Shown: positions 1-8,907, numbered from the stretch's first letter. The stretch: 32,000 nt of DNA from Limnohabitans sp. 63ED37-2 (GCF_001412535.1 NZ_CP011774.1:3260539-3292538), one strand, 5' to 3'. Program-made: numbers and translations. The notes: generated by a model from the letters alone, not told the origin.

Positions 1-2
1 TG

Positions 3-617
3 TTGCTGCAAGGCCTCGATGTGGATCAGCCCTGGCGCATTCTGGATGCCTGTGCCGCCCCGGGGGGTAAAACAGGGCACCTGCTGGCCTGCTACCCCCA
101 GGCGCAGGTTTTGGCGCTGGATGTAGACGCCACGCGGTGCCAGCGCATCGAAGACAACTTGAAGCGCTTGGGCGCGCAGGCTCAGGCCCGTGCCCAGGTG
201 CGCGCTGCCGATGCCGCCCAGCCTGCACAGTGGTGGGACGGTGTGGCTTTTGACGCGATCTTGCTGGATGCACCCTGCACCGCTTCCGGCATCGTGCGCA
301 GACACCCCGATGTGCGCTGGCTGCGCCGCCCTGGCGACAGCGCACAACTGGCCCAGACTCAGGCCCAGCTGCTCAAGGCCCTGTGGCCCTTGCTGGCCCC
401 GGGGGGGCGCTTGCTGTACTGCACTTGCTCGGTTTTCCATTCGGAGGGAGAAGACACCGTGCAAGCGTTTCTTCAGCGCAACACCCATGCACGAATGCTG
501 CCCTCACCCGGTCATTTGATACCCGGGAAAATACCCATGGGCCTTCCTCTCAAGCACAATGCATTGGGTGAACACGACGGTTTCTATTACGCACTGCTGG
601 AGAAGATTCGGGATTGA
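3..617 (+). CDS. rsmB: 16S rRNA m5C methyltransferase RsmB/Sun family, C-terminal part (5' end outside the window)
   Basis: The ORF is open at the window edge. It has the SAM-binding motif DACAAPGGKT and the catalytic-Cys motifs DAPCTASGIVRRHPDVRW and LLYCTCS typical of RsmB/NOP2-type m5C methyltransferases. Codon usage is GC-rich like the rest of the core. Confidence 0.85.
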   Translation: MLQGLDVDQPWRILDACAAPGGKTGHLLACYPQAQVLALDVDATRCQRIEDNLKRLGAQAQARAQVRAADAAQPAQWWDGVAFDAILLDAPCTASGIVRRHPDVRWLRRPGDSAQLAQTQAQLLKALWPLLAPGGRLLYCTCSVFHSEGEDTVQAFLQRNTHARMLPSPGHLIPGKIPMGLPLKHNALGEHDGFYYALLEKIRD

Positions 618-1212
618 GCTGGGCGCTTGGTTGACCCGGGCTTTGCTCATGGCCGTGCTGGGTCTGGGCAGTGCATGGGCGCAGACCTCCAGCGTGGAGC
701 TGACCGAGCTCATGCCGGTGCGCAAAGACAACGCCTTGCTGCTCAACGCCCAGCTCAAACTGGAGTTGGGCCCGGCCGTGGAAGACGCCCTCATCAAAGG
801 CCTGGCGGTGCACTTTGTGGTGGAAGCCGAGGTGTTGCGCGAGCGTTGGTACTGGACCGACAAAAAAACCGGCGCGGCCAGCCGTTATTACCGCTTGGCT
901 TTTCAGCCCCTGACCCGCCGCTGGCGGCTGAACGTCTCCAGCGAGCCGATTTCTGGCACGGGCCTCGCGGGCAGCATTTCTCAGAACTTCGAAACCCTGG
1001 CCGAGGCCCTGAGCGTGATCCGCCGTCAATCGGCCTGGAAAATCGCCGACGCCCAGAGTCTGGACCCCGATGCCCGACAACGCCTGCGTTACGAATTCAA
1101 GCTCGATGTCACCCAATTGCCCCGCCCTTTCCAAATTGCGGCGGGTAACCAGGCCGACTGGAACCTGCAGGTGATCAAGACCTTGCGCCTGAGCGAAGAG
1201 CTGGTGCGCTGA
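559..1212 (+). CDS. DUF4390-like exported protein
   Basis: The longest ORF overlaps the rsmB stop at 617. A TTG at 631 would give a cleaner signal peptide (TRALLMAVLGLGSAWAQ), so the start is uncertain. The motif RERWYWTDKK and the position between rsmB and an NtrY-like kinase match my recollection of the DUF4390 family. Confidence 0.6.
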   Translation: MHWVNTTVSITHCWRRFGIELGAWLTRALLMAVLGLGSAWAQTSSVELTELMPVRKDNALLLNAQLKLELGPAVEDALIKGLAVHFVVEAEVLRERWYWTDKKTGAASRYYRLAFQPLTRRWRLNVSSEPISGTGLAGSISQNFETLAEALSVIRRQSAWKIADAQSLDPDARQRLRYEFKLDVTQLPRPFQIAAGNQADWNLQVIKTLRLSEELVR

Positions 1213-1213
1213 C

Positions 1214-3511
1214 ATGGCCTGGCTCAAAGCAACCCGCGCACCCTTGACCGAGAGGCCCTCCCGGACCAGCCGCTGGTTGATGCTGGTGGGCGCTGTGAGC
1301 GTGGCCGCCATTGGCATTGGCTTGCTGGTGCTCATGACACAGGCCACCGGCAACCGGGAGCGCTACAACCAGAACTACGAATGGCTGGTGCTCATCAACG
1401 CGGTGGTGGCCAGTGGCTTGTTGATCACCATCTTGTGGGGCATGGTGCGCTTGTTGCGCAGCTTGTACAAAGGCCAATTCGGTTCACGCTTGCTGGTCAA
1501 GCTCGCTGGCATTTTTGCCTTGGTGGGTGTCATTCCGGGCTTGCTGATTTATGTGGTGTCTTACCAGTTCGTCTCGCGCTCGATCGAAAGCTGGTTTGAC
1601 GTGAAAGTGGAGGCGGCCCTCGTGGCGGGCCTCAACCTGGGGCGGGCCACCTTGGACACGCTCAGTGAAGACCTGAACAAGCAAGGCCGTGCTGCCGCTG
1701 CCAATTGGGCAGAAGCCAGCGAGCTCAACCCGGCCCTTGCAGCCGAAAAAATCCGCACCCAATTGGGCGCCAGCGATGTGGCCATCTGGAGCTTGGGGGG
1801 CCAAATGGTAGCCAGTGCGGGCCCTTCGCGCTTTCAACTCAGGGCTGACCGCCCCACACCCCAGCAACTGCGGGAGGCCCGTCAAAACGGCAGTCTGGCC
1901 TGGGTGGAGGGACTGGACGAAGCCATCCCCGGTGGTGACAAGGGCCGAATCAAGGTTCTGGTGCTGTTTCCCCAATGGAGCCTGGCCCTGAACGAAGACC
2001 GGCGTTTGCTGATGGTGACCCAGGAGCTGCCCCCCACTCTGGTCAACAACGCGCTGGAGGTGCAATCCGCCTACCGCGAATACCAAGAGCGGGCCCTGGC
2101 CCGTGATGGCCTGCGGCGCATGTACATCGGCACCCTCACACTGAGCCTGTTCCTGGCCGTGCTGGGGGCCATCTTGCTGGCTGTCTTGCTGGGCAATCAA
2201 CTGGCGCGTCCCCTGCTGCTGTTGGCCCACGGCATGCGCCAGGTGGCGGCGGGCGACTTGCGGCCCAAACTGGCACTGCAAGGCAAAGACGAGTTGGGCG
2301 GCCTGACCCGCTCGTTTGCGGACATGACGCAGCAACTCGCCGATGCCCGCGCCAACGGCGAGCGCAGCCTGAACCAGCTCGACCAGGCCAGAAGCAAGCT
2401 GCAAACCATCCTGGACAACCTGACAGCCGGGGTCATGGTGCTGGACGCACAAGGCACCATCGCATCGGCCAACCCTGGGGCCACACGCATCTTGCGCGTG
2501 CCCGTCAGTGCGCACGAAGGCCAGGGCCTGCAAGGCTTGCCGGGCTTGCAGGCTTTTGCGCAAGAGGTGGACGCGCAATTCAAGGCCTTGCATGCCGGCA
2601 ACGACGCACGCGAATTGGACCACTGGCAAAAATCATTCGACATCCATGCAGCGGGTCAGGGCTTGAGCCAGACCGGTGTGACCTTGCTCGCACGCGGGGC
2701 CGTCTTGCCCGATGGCATGCGCTTGTTGGTGTTCGACGACATCTCGGAAATTGTCTCGGCCGAACGCGCCCAGGCTTGGGGCGAAGTGGCCCGCAGGCTG
2801 GCACACGAAATCAAGAACCCGCTCACGCCCATTCAGTTGTCGGCCGAGCGGCTGGAAAGGCGCCTGATCGGTAAATTGGAAGCGCAAGACGACGCGGTGT
2901 TGGCCAAATCGGTCAAGACCATCGTCGACCAAGTGGAGGCCATGAAACGCCTGGTCAATGAATTTCGCGACTACGCCCGTTTGCCATCGGCCGAACTCAA
3001 GCCCCTGCAACTCAATGCCTTGGTCAGTGACGTGCTGGCCCTGTATGCCAGCGAACCGCACGACAGCGTGGCGCGCGCCACCGTGGTCGCTGAGTTGGAT
3101 GCTGCATGCCCCCTGATCTTGGGAGACGAACAGCAATTGCGCCAGGTCATTCACAACTTGCTGCAAAACGCACAAGACGCCTGCGAAGCGCGTGGCCAAG
3201 GCCTGACCACAGCCCGAGTGCAGGTGCGAACCGAGTGGCGTGCGCAGCGCCAGCGGGTGCGTTTGACGGTGACCGACACCGGCCCTGGCTTTGCCCCCCA
3301 TATCTTGCAACGGGCCTTTGAACCGTACGTCACCACCAAGGCCAAAGGCACCGGACTGGGTTTGGCGGTGGTCAAAAAAATAGCCGATGAACACGGCGCA
3401 CGCATCGACATGACCAACGTGCAAGAGGGCGACAACATTCAGGGTGCGCAAGTCTCGTTATCATTCGCAGTGGCGCAAACCGCACAGGGGCTGGAACAGC
3501 CCCCTTCATGA
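1214..3511 (+). CDS. NtrY-like PAS/HAMP sensor histidine kinase
   Basis: 765-aa ORF starting 2 nt after the previous stop. It has N-terminal TM segments, a HAMP-like linker (LARPLLLLAHGMRQVAAGDL), a PAS-like region, the H-box HEIKNPLTPIQLSAERL, and the ATP-binding boxes DTGPGF and GTGLGLAVV. Confidence 0.85.
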   Translation: MAWLKATRAPLTERPSRTSRWLMLVGAVSVAAIGIGLLVLMTQATGNRERYNQNYEWLVLINAVVASGLLITILWGMVRLLRSLYKGQFGSRLLVKLAGIFALVGVIPGLLIYVVSYQFVSRSIESWFDVKVEAALVAGLNLGRATLDTLSEDLNKQGRAAAANWAEASELNPALAAEKIRTQLGASDVAIWSLGGQMVASAGPSRFQLRADRPTPQQLREARQNGSLAWVEGLDEAIPGGDKGRIKVLVLFPQWSLALNEDRRLLMVTQELPPTLVNNALEVQSAYREYQERALARDGLRRMYIGTLTLSLFLAVLGAILLAVLLGNQLARPLLLLAHGMRQVAAGDLRPKLALQGKDELGGLTRSFADMTQQLADARANGERSLNQLDQARSKLQTILDNLTAGVMVLDAQGTIASANPGATRILRVPVSAHEGQGLQGLPGLQAFAQEVDAQFKALHAGNDARELDHWQKSFDIHAAGQGLSQTGVTLLARGAVLPDGMRLLVFDDISEIVSAERAQAWGEVARRLAHEIKNPLTPIQLSAERLERRLIGKLEAQDDAVLAKSVKTIVDQVEAMKRLVNEFRDYARLPSAELKPLQLNALVSDVLALYASEPHDSVARATVVAELDAACPLILGDEQQLRQVIHNLLQNAQDACEARGQGLTTARVQVRTEWRAQRQRVRLTVTDTGPGFAPHILQRAFEPYVTTKAKGTGLGLAVVKKIADEHGARIDMTNVQEGDNIQGAQVSLSFAVAQTAQGLEQPPS

Positions 3512-3530
3512 ACAGAGACAAAACAGGCAT

Positions 3531-4193
3531 ATGGCAAATATTTTGGTGGTGGACGACGAGCTGGGCATACGCGACCTGCTCTCAGAAATCCTCTTTGACG
3601 AGGGGCACCAGGTGGAGCTCGCTGAAAACGCCGCGCAAGCGCGCGAGGCTCGCCAGAACATGCGCCCTGACCTGGTGTTGTTGGACATCTGGATGCCCGA
3701 TACAGATGGCGTGAGCCTTCTCAAGGAATGGGCCGCCAGCGGATTGCTGAACATGCCCGTGATCATGATGAGTGGGCACGCCACCATCGACACCGCAGTG
3801 GACGCGGTCAAGATCGGCGCACACGCCTTTCTTGAAAAGCCTATCACCTTGCAAAAACTGCTCAAGGCCGTCGAGCAAGGCTTGGCCCGCGACCAAGTTC
3901 AGCAGGCCATGTTGGCCGCCAGCCCGCCCCCGCCACCCAGTGTGTTGTCCATGGCCACGGTCGTCGTCACGGAAAACAACGTGGCCCCCGATGTGCAGCA
4001 AAGTTTTGAACTCGACCGCCCGCTGCGCGAAGCGCGCGATGCTTTCGAAAAAGCCTACTTTGAATTCCATTTGGCCCACGAAGGTGGCTCCATGACCCGG
4101 GTTGCCGAAAAAACGGGCCTGGAGCGCACCCACCTGTACCGCAAGCTCAAGCAACTCGGCGTGGACCTCACACGCAGCAAACGCAGCCCTTGA
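3531..4193 (+). CDS. Response regulator with receiver domain and C-terminal Fis-type HTH (NtrX-like, no AAA+ module)
   Basis: An ATG at 3531 gives MANILVVDDELG... with the receiver motif LVLLDIWMPDTDG. A PPPPP linker follows, then a C-terminal HTH (GSMTRVAEKTGLERTHLYRKLKQLGV). The longer ORF from 3444 only adds overlap with the kinase gene. Confidence 0.85.
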   Translation: MANILVVDDELGIRDLLSEILFDEGHQVELAENAAQAREARQNMRPDLVLLDIWMPDTDGVSLLKEWAASGLLNMPVIMMSGHATIDTAVDAVKIGAHAFLEKPITLQKLLKAVEQGLARDQVQQAMLAASPPPPPSVLSMATVVVTENNVAPDVQQSFELDRPLREARDAFEKAYFEFHLAHEGGSMTRVAEKTGLERTHLYRKLKQLGVDLTRSKRSP

Positions 4194-4292
4194 TGGATCT
4201 CGCGTGGCCACGCATTCGCACTCTCGAGCATGTGCCCCGCTACTCCATACCGGTATTTTTTGAAGCCCTCGCTCATAAGCACACAAAAGACC

Positions 4293-4301
4293 TGCTAGAA
4301 T
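4293..4301 (+). promoter_or_regulatory. Extended -10 element (TGcTAGAAT) of the chromosomal tRNA-Phe promoter
   Basis: TGCTAGAAT lies 10 nt upstream of the tRNA-Phe 5' fragment. A near-identical TGCTACAAT sits at the same relative position before the intact tRNA-Phe (17543-17551). No good -35 lies at 17 nt. Confidence 0.4.
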
Positions 4302-4311
4302 ACAAGGCTCA

Positions 4312-4349
4312 GGCCCGGTAGCTCAGTTGGTAGAGCAGCGGATTGAAAA
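4312..4349 (+). pseudogene. tRNA-Phe 5' half (nt 1-38, ends at the anticodon loop); left junction of the accessory region
   Basis: 38/38 identical to 17564-17601 (acceptor 5' strand, D arm, anticodon stem 5' strand and loop TTGAAAA). Identity stops at 4350. Confidence 0.85.
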
Positions 4350-4750
4350 AGTCCGCTCGGCGCTAGAACTTCAGCATTAATGGCGCCTGCAAATTGGGTG
4401 CAAAACGGTGCGGCACACTCTGTGCTGACAGTGCCAAATCCCCCCTCTTAAAGTAAATCAAAGTAGTTCAAAACTGCTGTGCTGGCAGCTGCTTGGTTGT
4501 CTGTTGGCGCAGCGCTTCAGCTAGCGTAGCCCCCAGCTTTTTCCAGCGTCCTGCAACGCATTTACAAGCCCTACAGCACGCTTTTAGCCCAGCGGGCAGG
4601 CACTGGGTGCTGGATGGAGCGTTTTTCGCTTGTATAGCTTCTGCTGCACATCTAGCGATTTGAGCGTAAAGAAAAATTACGCTCGTGAGACACCTACGTC
4701 GACTAATTAAGACCCCCGCATAGGACGAAAGGAGATGAATAGCTAAATTG

Positions 4751-4788
4751 TTGACAGCAACAATTACAGTGTCATAATTACACTGTAA
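4751..4788 (+). promoter_or_regulatory. Sigma70-like promoter (TTGACA, 16 nt, CATAAT) overlapped by a perfect 9-bp inverted repeat operator
   Basis: TTGACA lies at 4751-4756 and CATAAT at 4773-4778. The palindrome is TTACAGTGT (4764-4772), a 7-nt spacer, then ACACTGTAA (4780-4788). An AAGGA Shine-Dalgarno sequence and the ATG at 4799 follow directly. Confidence 0.5.
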
Positions 4789-4798
4789 AGGATTAAGC

Positions 4799-5530
4799 AT
4801 GTCAGTTATTCAAAGCCACAAAGCCTTTTGGGGACCCATCGCAGAGCTTATCGAACGAGCAAGGATCGTTAGCAAAGGTATGGGTCTTAACTCTGAAAAA
4901 ATGACCGATAGGCTTATCAGATATTACGCAGCCCAAGGCGTATTAGACAAGCCGGACAGGTTGGGGCGCGATGCCGCCTACAACTACCGTCACCTTCTCC
5001 AGTTGCTGACGGCAAGGCGCCTATCTGAGAAAGGTGTGTCGTTGGAGATCATTGGTCGGCACAACTTATCTACAACCACTGAACTACTTGAAAAGGGACT
5101 GATCAAGCCTGTTGAGATGGAGGTGTTTGTCACACCCCCGAAGAGCGAGGCGAATGTCATGGTTCCTAAGACATTGAATGGCAGTCCTCTCGCCATGGTC
5201 GATGTGCTGTCAGAAGTGCGGGCGTTGAAAGACCAGTTCAACAAGGATCATGAGGAATTGCGTCGAGTGCGTGAAGCCGTGGGTGAATTTGCGTCACAAC
5301 TCAAGGAATTTCATGCGGGGCTGGACGGAATAAAAGTTGAGCTGGAAGCGGTAGTTCGACTAGTCAAAACAGGCCTGGACAAGATGTATCAAACCGAGGA
5401 CAAATTCGGATACATGCTCGAAAAGAATCTCAGTGCTCACAATGAAAAATTCAACTATTTGGTTGAAGGCATTGAACGGGTTGAGCGCACCTTACTCAAG
5501 ATAGAAATCAACAGCGGTCAGGCCAAATGA
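4799..5530 (+). CDS. Hypothetical protein with MerR-like HTH/wing segment and C-terminal coiled coil
   Basis: Good promoter and RBS. The segment LIRYYAAQGVLDKPDRLGRDAAYNYRHLLQLLTARRLSEKGVSLEII resembles the RyYe..GLl.P.R....R.Y....l..L..I..l...G.sL.eI core of MerR-family DNA-binding domains. The C-terminal 100 aa is heptad-like and charged. Confidence 0.65.
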   Translation: MSVIQSHKAFWGPIAELIERARIVSKGMGLNSEKMTDRLIRYYAAQGVLDKPDRLGRDAAYNYRHLLQLLTARRLSEKGVSLEIIGRHNLSTTTELLEKGLIKPVEMEVFVTPPKSEANVMVPKTLNGSPLAMVDVLSEVRALKDQFNKDHEELRRVREAVGEFASQLKEFHAGLDGIKVELEAVVRLVKTGLDKMYQTEDKFGYMLEKNLSAHNEKFNYLVEGIERVERTLLKIEINSGQAK

Positions 5531-6060
5531 GGACCAATATGGAAATCATCTTTCGACCAATGGCCTATGACACAAGGATGAATCCGATCAATCGAATGTT
5601 CGGCTATGTCCGCTCATTAGAGTCAGACACGGTATCGGTGACGGCTAACCCTATGCCAGGATCGCCACTCTCAATTGTTGTTGATCAACTTAACCTCGAT
5701 AGAGCCCGCATCCACAAGGCTGCAGTGAAAAGTAACAGGCACTCAAAAATTGCCGTACTAGAGAGCATGACGCCAAGGATTTTCTTAATACCGAAAACGA
5801 CAGGAGACAAAGAGGCATCGGCGATCATCGATGCGCTGATTGAAAACGCCGCAGAGTGCGAGTCGGAAGTTCTGAACTTCACACACTACGGACTGATCAG
5901 GGGTAATGTGCCGGAAGCGGAAGTGACCAGCATCTTTGAACGTTTTGCAGAAAAAAGCAATGAGTCAAAGATCAAGGTAATAGTTTGGGACGTAGACGCA
6001 CGACACGTTCAGACTTTTCGCTCTTTACACCAAAAACATTTCCTTGGACGTCGGCAATGA
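5527..6060 (+). CDS. Hypothetical protein, no recognisable domain
   Basis: The ATG overlaps the upstream stop (ATGA at 5527-5530), and its own stop overlaps the next ATG (ATGA at 6057-6060). Composition looks coding. I recognise no motif. Confidence 0.6.
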   Translation: MRTNMEIIFRPMAYDTRMNPINRMFGYVRSLESDTVSVTANPMPGSPLSIVVDQLNLDRARIHKAAVKSNRHSKIAVLESMTPRIFLIPKTTGDKEASAIIDALIENAAECESEVLNFTHYGLIRGNVPEAEVTSIFERFAEKSNESKIKVIVWDVDARHVQTFRSLHQKHFLGRRQ

Positions 6061-6866
6061 AATCTAGGAAACGAAACGGATTGCTTGCCCTCATGCTGAT
6101 GAGCCTAGTGGGCTTGGTGGTGTATTCCATATGGATAGAGCCGCAACGTATTGAAGTTGTTCAGCATGACATGAGTGCCCAATCAGAGGAAGTGTCATTC
6201 AGGTTGATACAAGTGTCAGACTTACACCTTCGTGGGTATGGTGAGCATGAAAAATACATTGCTCAAACGATCAAGGATATGAATGCGGATCTTGTGGTGC
6301 TAACAGGGGATGCGATTGATCGACAGGAGGCTATACCCTGGCTACGATCGTTCGTGAAAGAGTTGGGCACTGTCCCTGTTCTCCATGTCCTTGGAAACTG
6401 GGAACACTGGAGTGATTTGAGCCTAGAGTCATTGAACAGCACGGGCGTGAGGCTGTTGCTGAACGAAAGATGGACGCTAATAAAAGGCCAGAGACGTCTG
6501 GAAATTATTGGGTTAGATGACTACACGGCAGGACAACCCGACCTGGGTCTCATTTCCATAAGTTCATCATTCAGTCGAGATAAATCCACAGTGCTTGTAC
6601 AGCACTCTCCAGGATTTTTTGATCAAGCCAGTGTCACTCGAGAAATGGGCGCACAACGATTTGATTTGTGCCTTGCTGGGCATACACATGGAGGACAGGT
6701 GGCGATATTTGGTTGGGCCCCGATGAAGCCAGTGGGCAGTGGGCGTTTTACAGCAGGTTTTTACGATGTACCAGGTTGCCGTCTATACGTATCACGTGGC
6801 TTGGGTACATCTGTCATGCCCATCAGGCTGGGATCGAGGCCAGAGGTGGCTGTGTTTGAATTTTAA
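6057..6866 (+). CDS. Membrane-anchored calcineurin-like metallophosphoesterase (YaeI/YkuE-like)
   Basis: The internal ATG at 6057 is translationally coupled to the upstream gene. It has an N-terminal TM helix (LLALMLMSLVGLVVYSIWI) and the metallophosphoesterase motifs VSDLHL, LTGDAID, GNWEHW and GHTHGGQ. Confidence 0.8.
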   Translation: MKSRKRNGLLALMLMSLVGLVVYSIWIEPQRIEVVQHDMSAQSEEVSFRLIQVSDLHLRGYGEHEKYIAQTIKDMNADLVVLTGDAIDRQEAIPWLRSFVKELGTVPVLHVLGNWEHWSDLSLESLNSTGVRLLLNERWTLIKGQRRLEIIGLDDYTAGQPDLGLISISSSFSRDKSTVLVQHSPGFFDQASVTREMGAQRFDLCLAGHTHGGQVAIFGWAPMKPVGSGRFTAGFYDVPGCRLYVSRGLGTSVMPIRLGSRPEVAVFEF

Positions 6867-6880
6867 GCGGTGAAACAGAA

Positions 6881-7201
6881 ATGAAATTCAGAGAAGAGAT
6901 TAGAAACTTCAAGAATGAGAGGGTCAACCGCATAAAGACCAACGTGATCGTTGGTGCTGGTTTTTTAGCCCTCGTATTGGGTGCGGCTATGTTTTATCTG
7001 TCGTATGTGTATGGAATTCGAGGATTTATATCAGTAGGTAGCATACTGATTTTCATAGTCTTTCCAGTCAGTCTTGTTTATCCGATAGTGAGATTTTTCA
7101 TGGGTGGAAAAGATAGTGTTGTGGGCGTCGTCATATCTGTGGTGATTGAAGAGCACTTGAAAGGGAAGATCAAAGAAAAAATCCGAAAGATTGAAAAATG
7201 A
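6881..7201 (+). CDS. Small two-TM membrane protein with lysine-rich tail
   Basis: Starts 15 nt after the phosphoesterase stop. It has two hydrophobic helices (VIVGAGFLALVLGAAMFYL and ILIFIVFPVSLVYPIV) and a KGKIKEKIRKIEK tail. Confidence 0.55.
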   Translation: MKFREEIRNFKNERVNRIKTNVIVGAGFLALVLGAAMFYLSYVYGIRGFISVGSILIFIVFPVSLVYPIVRFFMGGKDSVVGVVISVVIEEHLKGKIKEKIRKIEK

Positions 7202-7332
7202 TGGTGGTAGTGAGCGTCAAAAAAATTTACTCTTGAATTCGCAACTCGGTATCCGCCCAGACTGGCGGGCTATCGGTTGTCCATATTGGTAGTCTGAAAA
7301 CAAACTGCGTTCAACAAGAAAGGACGCAGAAC

Positions 7333-7689
7333 ATGTCACTGTTTGACTTATCCACGCTGACCGAATTTACGGGCACAGAGCGCTACTACCGCATCAGCCG
7401 TAGGCACTTGCTGACCGATGGAACCAAATACCTTGCCGAGCAAGCGCAGTGTTTTTGGATGATGGATGCCATCGCTAGCCATTTGATGGAAATTGGTACG
7501 GCGGATTGGTTTGTTGTTGTCAAGACCATGGTCAAGAACGCTGCGGCAGTCATGGTCTATGAGGATGGCAACGGACATGAACACGCAAGGCAGGAAATTC
7601 CTTACACAGATTTTCCGCTTGCTGAAATCACACTCTACGCCTGCTGGGACGGCGAGCATTGGGTGATCATGTTGCCAAGCGAGTATTGA
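7333..7689 (+). CDS. DUF6876-like protein (family common on plasmids and ICEs)
   Basis: AAAGGA lies upstream of the ATG. The motifs FTGTERYYR, LTDGTKYLAEQAQCFWMMDAIAS, YTDFPLAEITLY and the C-terminal MLPSEY match my recollection of the DUF6876 family. Confidence 0.65.
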   Translation: MSLFDLSTLTEFTGTERYYRISRRHLLTDGTKYLAEQAQCFWMMDAIASHLMEIGTADWFVVVKTMVKNAAAVMVYEDGNGHEHARQEIPYTDFPLAEITLYACWDGEHWVIMLPSEY

Positions 7690-7847
7690 AAGCGATCAGG
7701 CTCCAAGCGGGCTTCAAGCAAGCCCTGCAATGCATGGAATGCGAGCGCATAAGCCGTCTCAGTTGCGGAAAGAAAAATGACAGCGCGTAGGGCTTTTTGC
7801 TGCTGAAGCATCCGCGCTATACCTCTCAGCCCCATGGCAATAGAACT

Positions 7848-8907
7848 GGCGGATTCAAGTACGAGGTGCAACAAAGATAAACCCGGTGATGGGTGGCTGA
7901 GGATGTCAAGGCATCATGGCCACTCAAACCGCCAAGTCCAAGTTGCCAGATGTACAAGCACCTCAGCCGAGAAGAACGATACCAAATTCACAGCCTCTTG
8001 AAAGCCAAACAGACCATCAGCGAGATCGCCCGTTCATTGGGCAGGAGCCGCAGCACCATCAGCCGCGAACTCAGCCGTGGCCGCGGTCAGCGTGGCTATC
8101 GCGCCGAACAAGCCTGCGCCAAGGCTTCTGAGCGGGCACAGCGAAGCCGTAATGCCCGCCGTTTAGATTCCAAAGTCTGGTCCGATGTGGATTTCTACCT
8201 TGGCATTCAATGGAGCCCCGAGCAGATTGCAGGCAAGGTGGCGGTCAGCCATGAGAGCGTCTATTTGTATGTCTATGCGAACAAGGCTGCCGGTGGTGAT
8301 TTACACACGCACCTGCGTAGCCAAAAGCCTCGGCGCAAACGCCACCTGTGCGGGCGTGATAGACGTGGTCAGATCCCGAACCGCCGCCCGATCAGCGAGA
8401 GACCAAGCCACATTGAAGATCGCAAGCAAGTGGGCCACTGGGAAGGTGATACCGTTATTGGCGCGGCTCACAAACAAGCCATCGTGACACTGGTAGAACG
8501 CAAGAGTGGCTTTGCTGTGCTGGCCAAAGTGCCCAACAAGTCTGCTGATTTGGTGGGCCGGGCTATTGAAGGCATGCTCAAGCCCCTGAGCTCACGGGTG
8601 AAGACCTTGACGGTAGACAACGGCAAGGAGTTTGCCGATCACCAGGCCATCGATCAGGCCCTTGGCATCCAGACTTACTTTGCCGATCCGTATTGCAGCT
8701 GGCAGCGCGGCAGCAACGAGAACTTCAATGGTTTGCTGCGCCAATACATTCCCAAGAAACGGCGCATGGAAACTGTCACCGATGAGGAGTTGACTATGAT
8801 CGAAAACAGATTGAATCACCGGCCCAGAAAGCGGCTGGGATTCAAGACACCCCACGAGGTGTTTCACGCCTCGTTAAACCGTGTTGCAGTTCGTACTTGA
8901 ATCCGCC
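7848..8907 (+). mobile_element. IS30-family insertion sequence, copy 1 (1060 bp)
   Basis: 25-bp terminal inverted repeats: GGCGGATTCAAGTACGAGGTGCAAC at 7848-7872 and the complement of 8883-8907, matching 23/25. A 3-bp target duplication ACT lies at 7845-7847 and 8908-8910. There is a single transposase ORF. Confidence 0.9.
7950..8900 (+). CDS. IS30-family DDE transposase
   Basis: MYKHLSREERYQIHSLLKAKQTISEIARSLGRSRSTISRELSRG... is the typical IS30 N-terminal HTH. The DDE region includes HWEGDTV and SWQRGSNENFNGLLRQY. A GTG at 7893 would add 19 aa and is less likely. Confidence 0.9.
   Translation: MYKHLSREERYQIHSLLKAKQTISEIARSLGRSRSTISRELSRGRGQRGYRAEQACAKASERAQRSRNARRLDSKVWSDVDFYLGIQWSPEQIAGKVAVSHESVYLYVYANKAAGGDLHTHLRSQKPRRKRHLCGRDRRGQIPNRRPISERPSHIEDRKQVGHWEGDTVIGAAHKQAIVTLVERKSGFAVLAKVPNKSADLVGRAIEGMLKPLSSRVKTLTVDNGKEFADHQAIDQALGIQTYFADPYCSWQRGSNENFNGLLRQYIPKKRRMETVTDEELTMIENRLNHRPRKRLGFKTPHEVFHASLNRVAVRT

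Noticed and set aside
550-3451. Long minus-strand ORFs (550-1353, 1484-2629, 2633-3451) opposite the DUF4390 and kinase genes.
   Set aside because: They are typical GC-rich antisense ORFs. Their translations are Arg/Ala/Gly/His-rich with no motifs, while the plus-strand genes have clear domain signatures.
4764-4788. LexA (SOS) box at the island operon promoter.
   Set aside because: The palindrome reads ACAG...CTGT (ACAGTGT-N7-ACACTGT), not the proteobacterial CTGT-N8-ACAG consensus. Both the half-site order and the spacing are wrong.
4468-4800. 110-aa minus-strand ORF in the left arm of island 1.
   Set aside because: It has no RBS and a Cys/Ala/Arg-rich, implausible composition. It runs through the promoter and operator of the plus-strand operon. 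The region is more likely to hold integrase arm sites.
7635-7874. 79-aa minus-strand ORF spanning the left end of IS30 copy 1.
   Set aside because: Its first 9 codons are IS terminal-repeat sequence. The remainder overlaps the 3' end of the DUF6876 gene. At best it is a 66-aa ORF from an internal ATG with no support.
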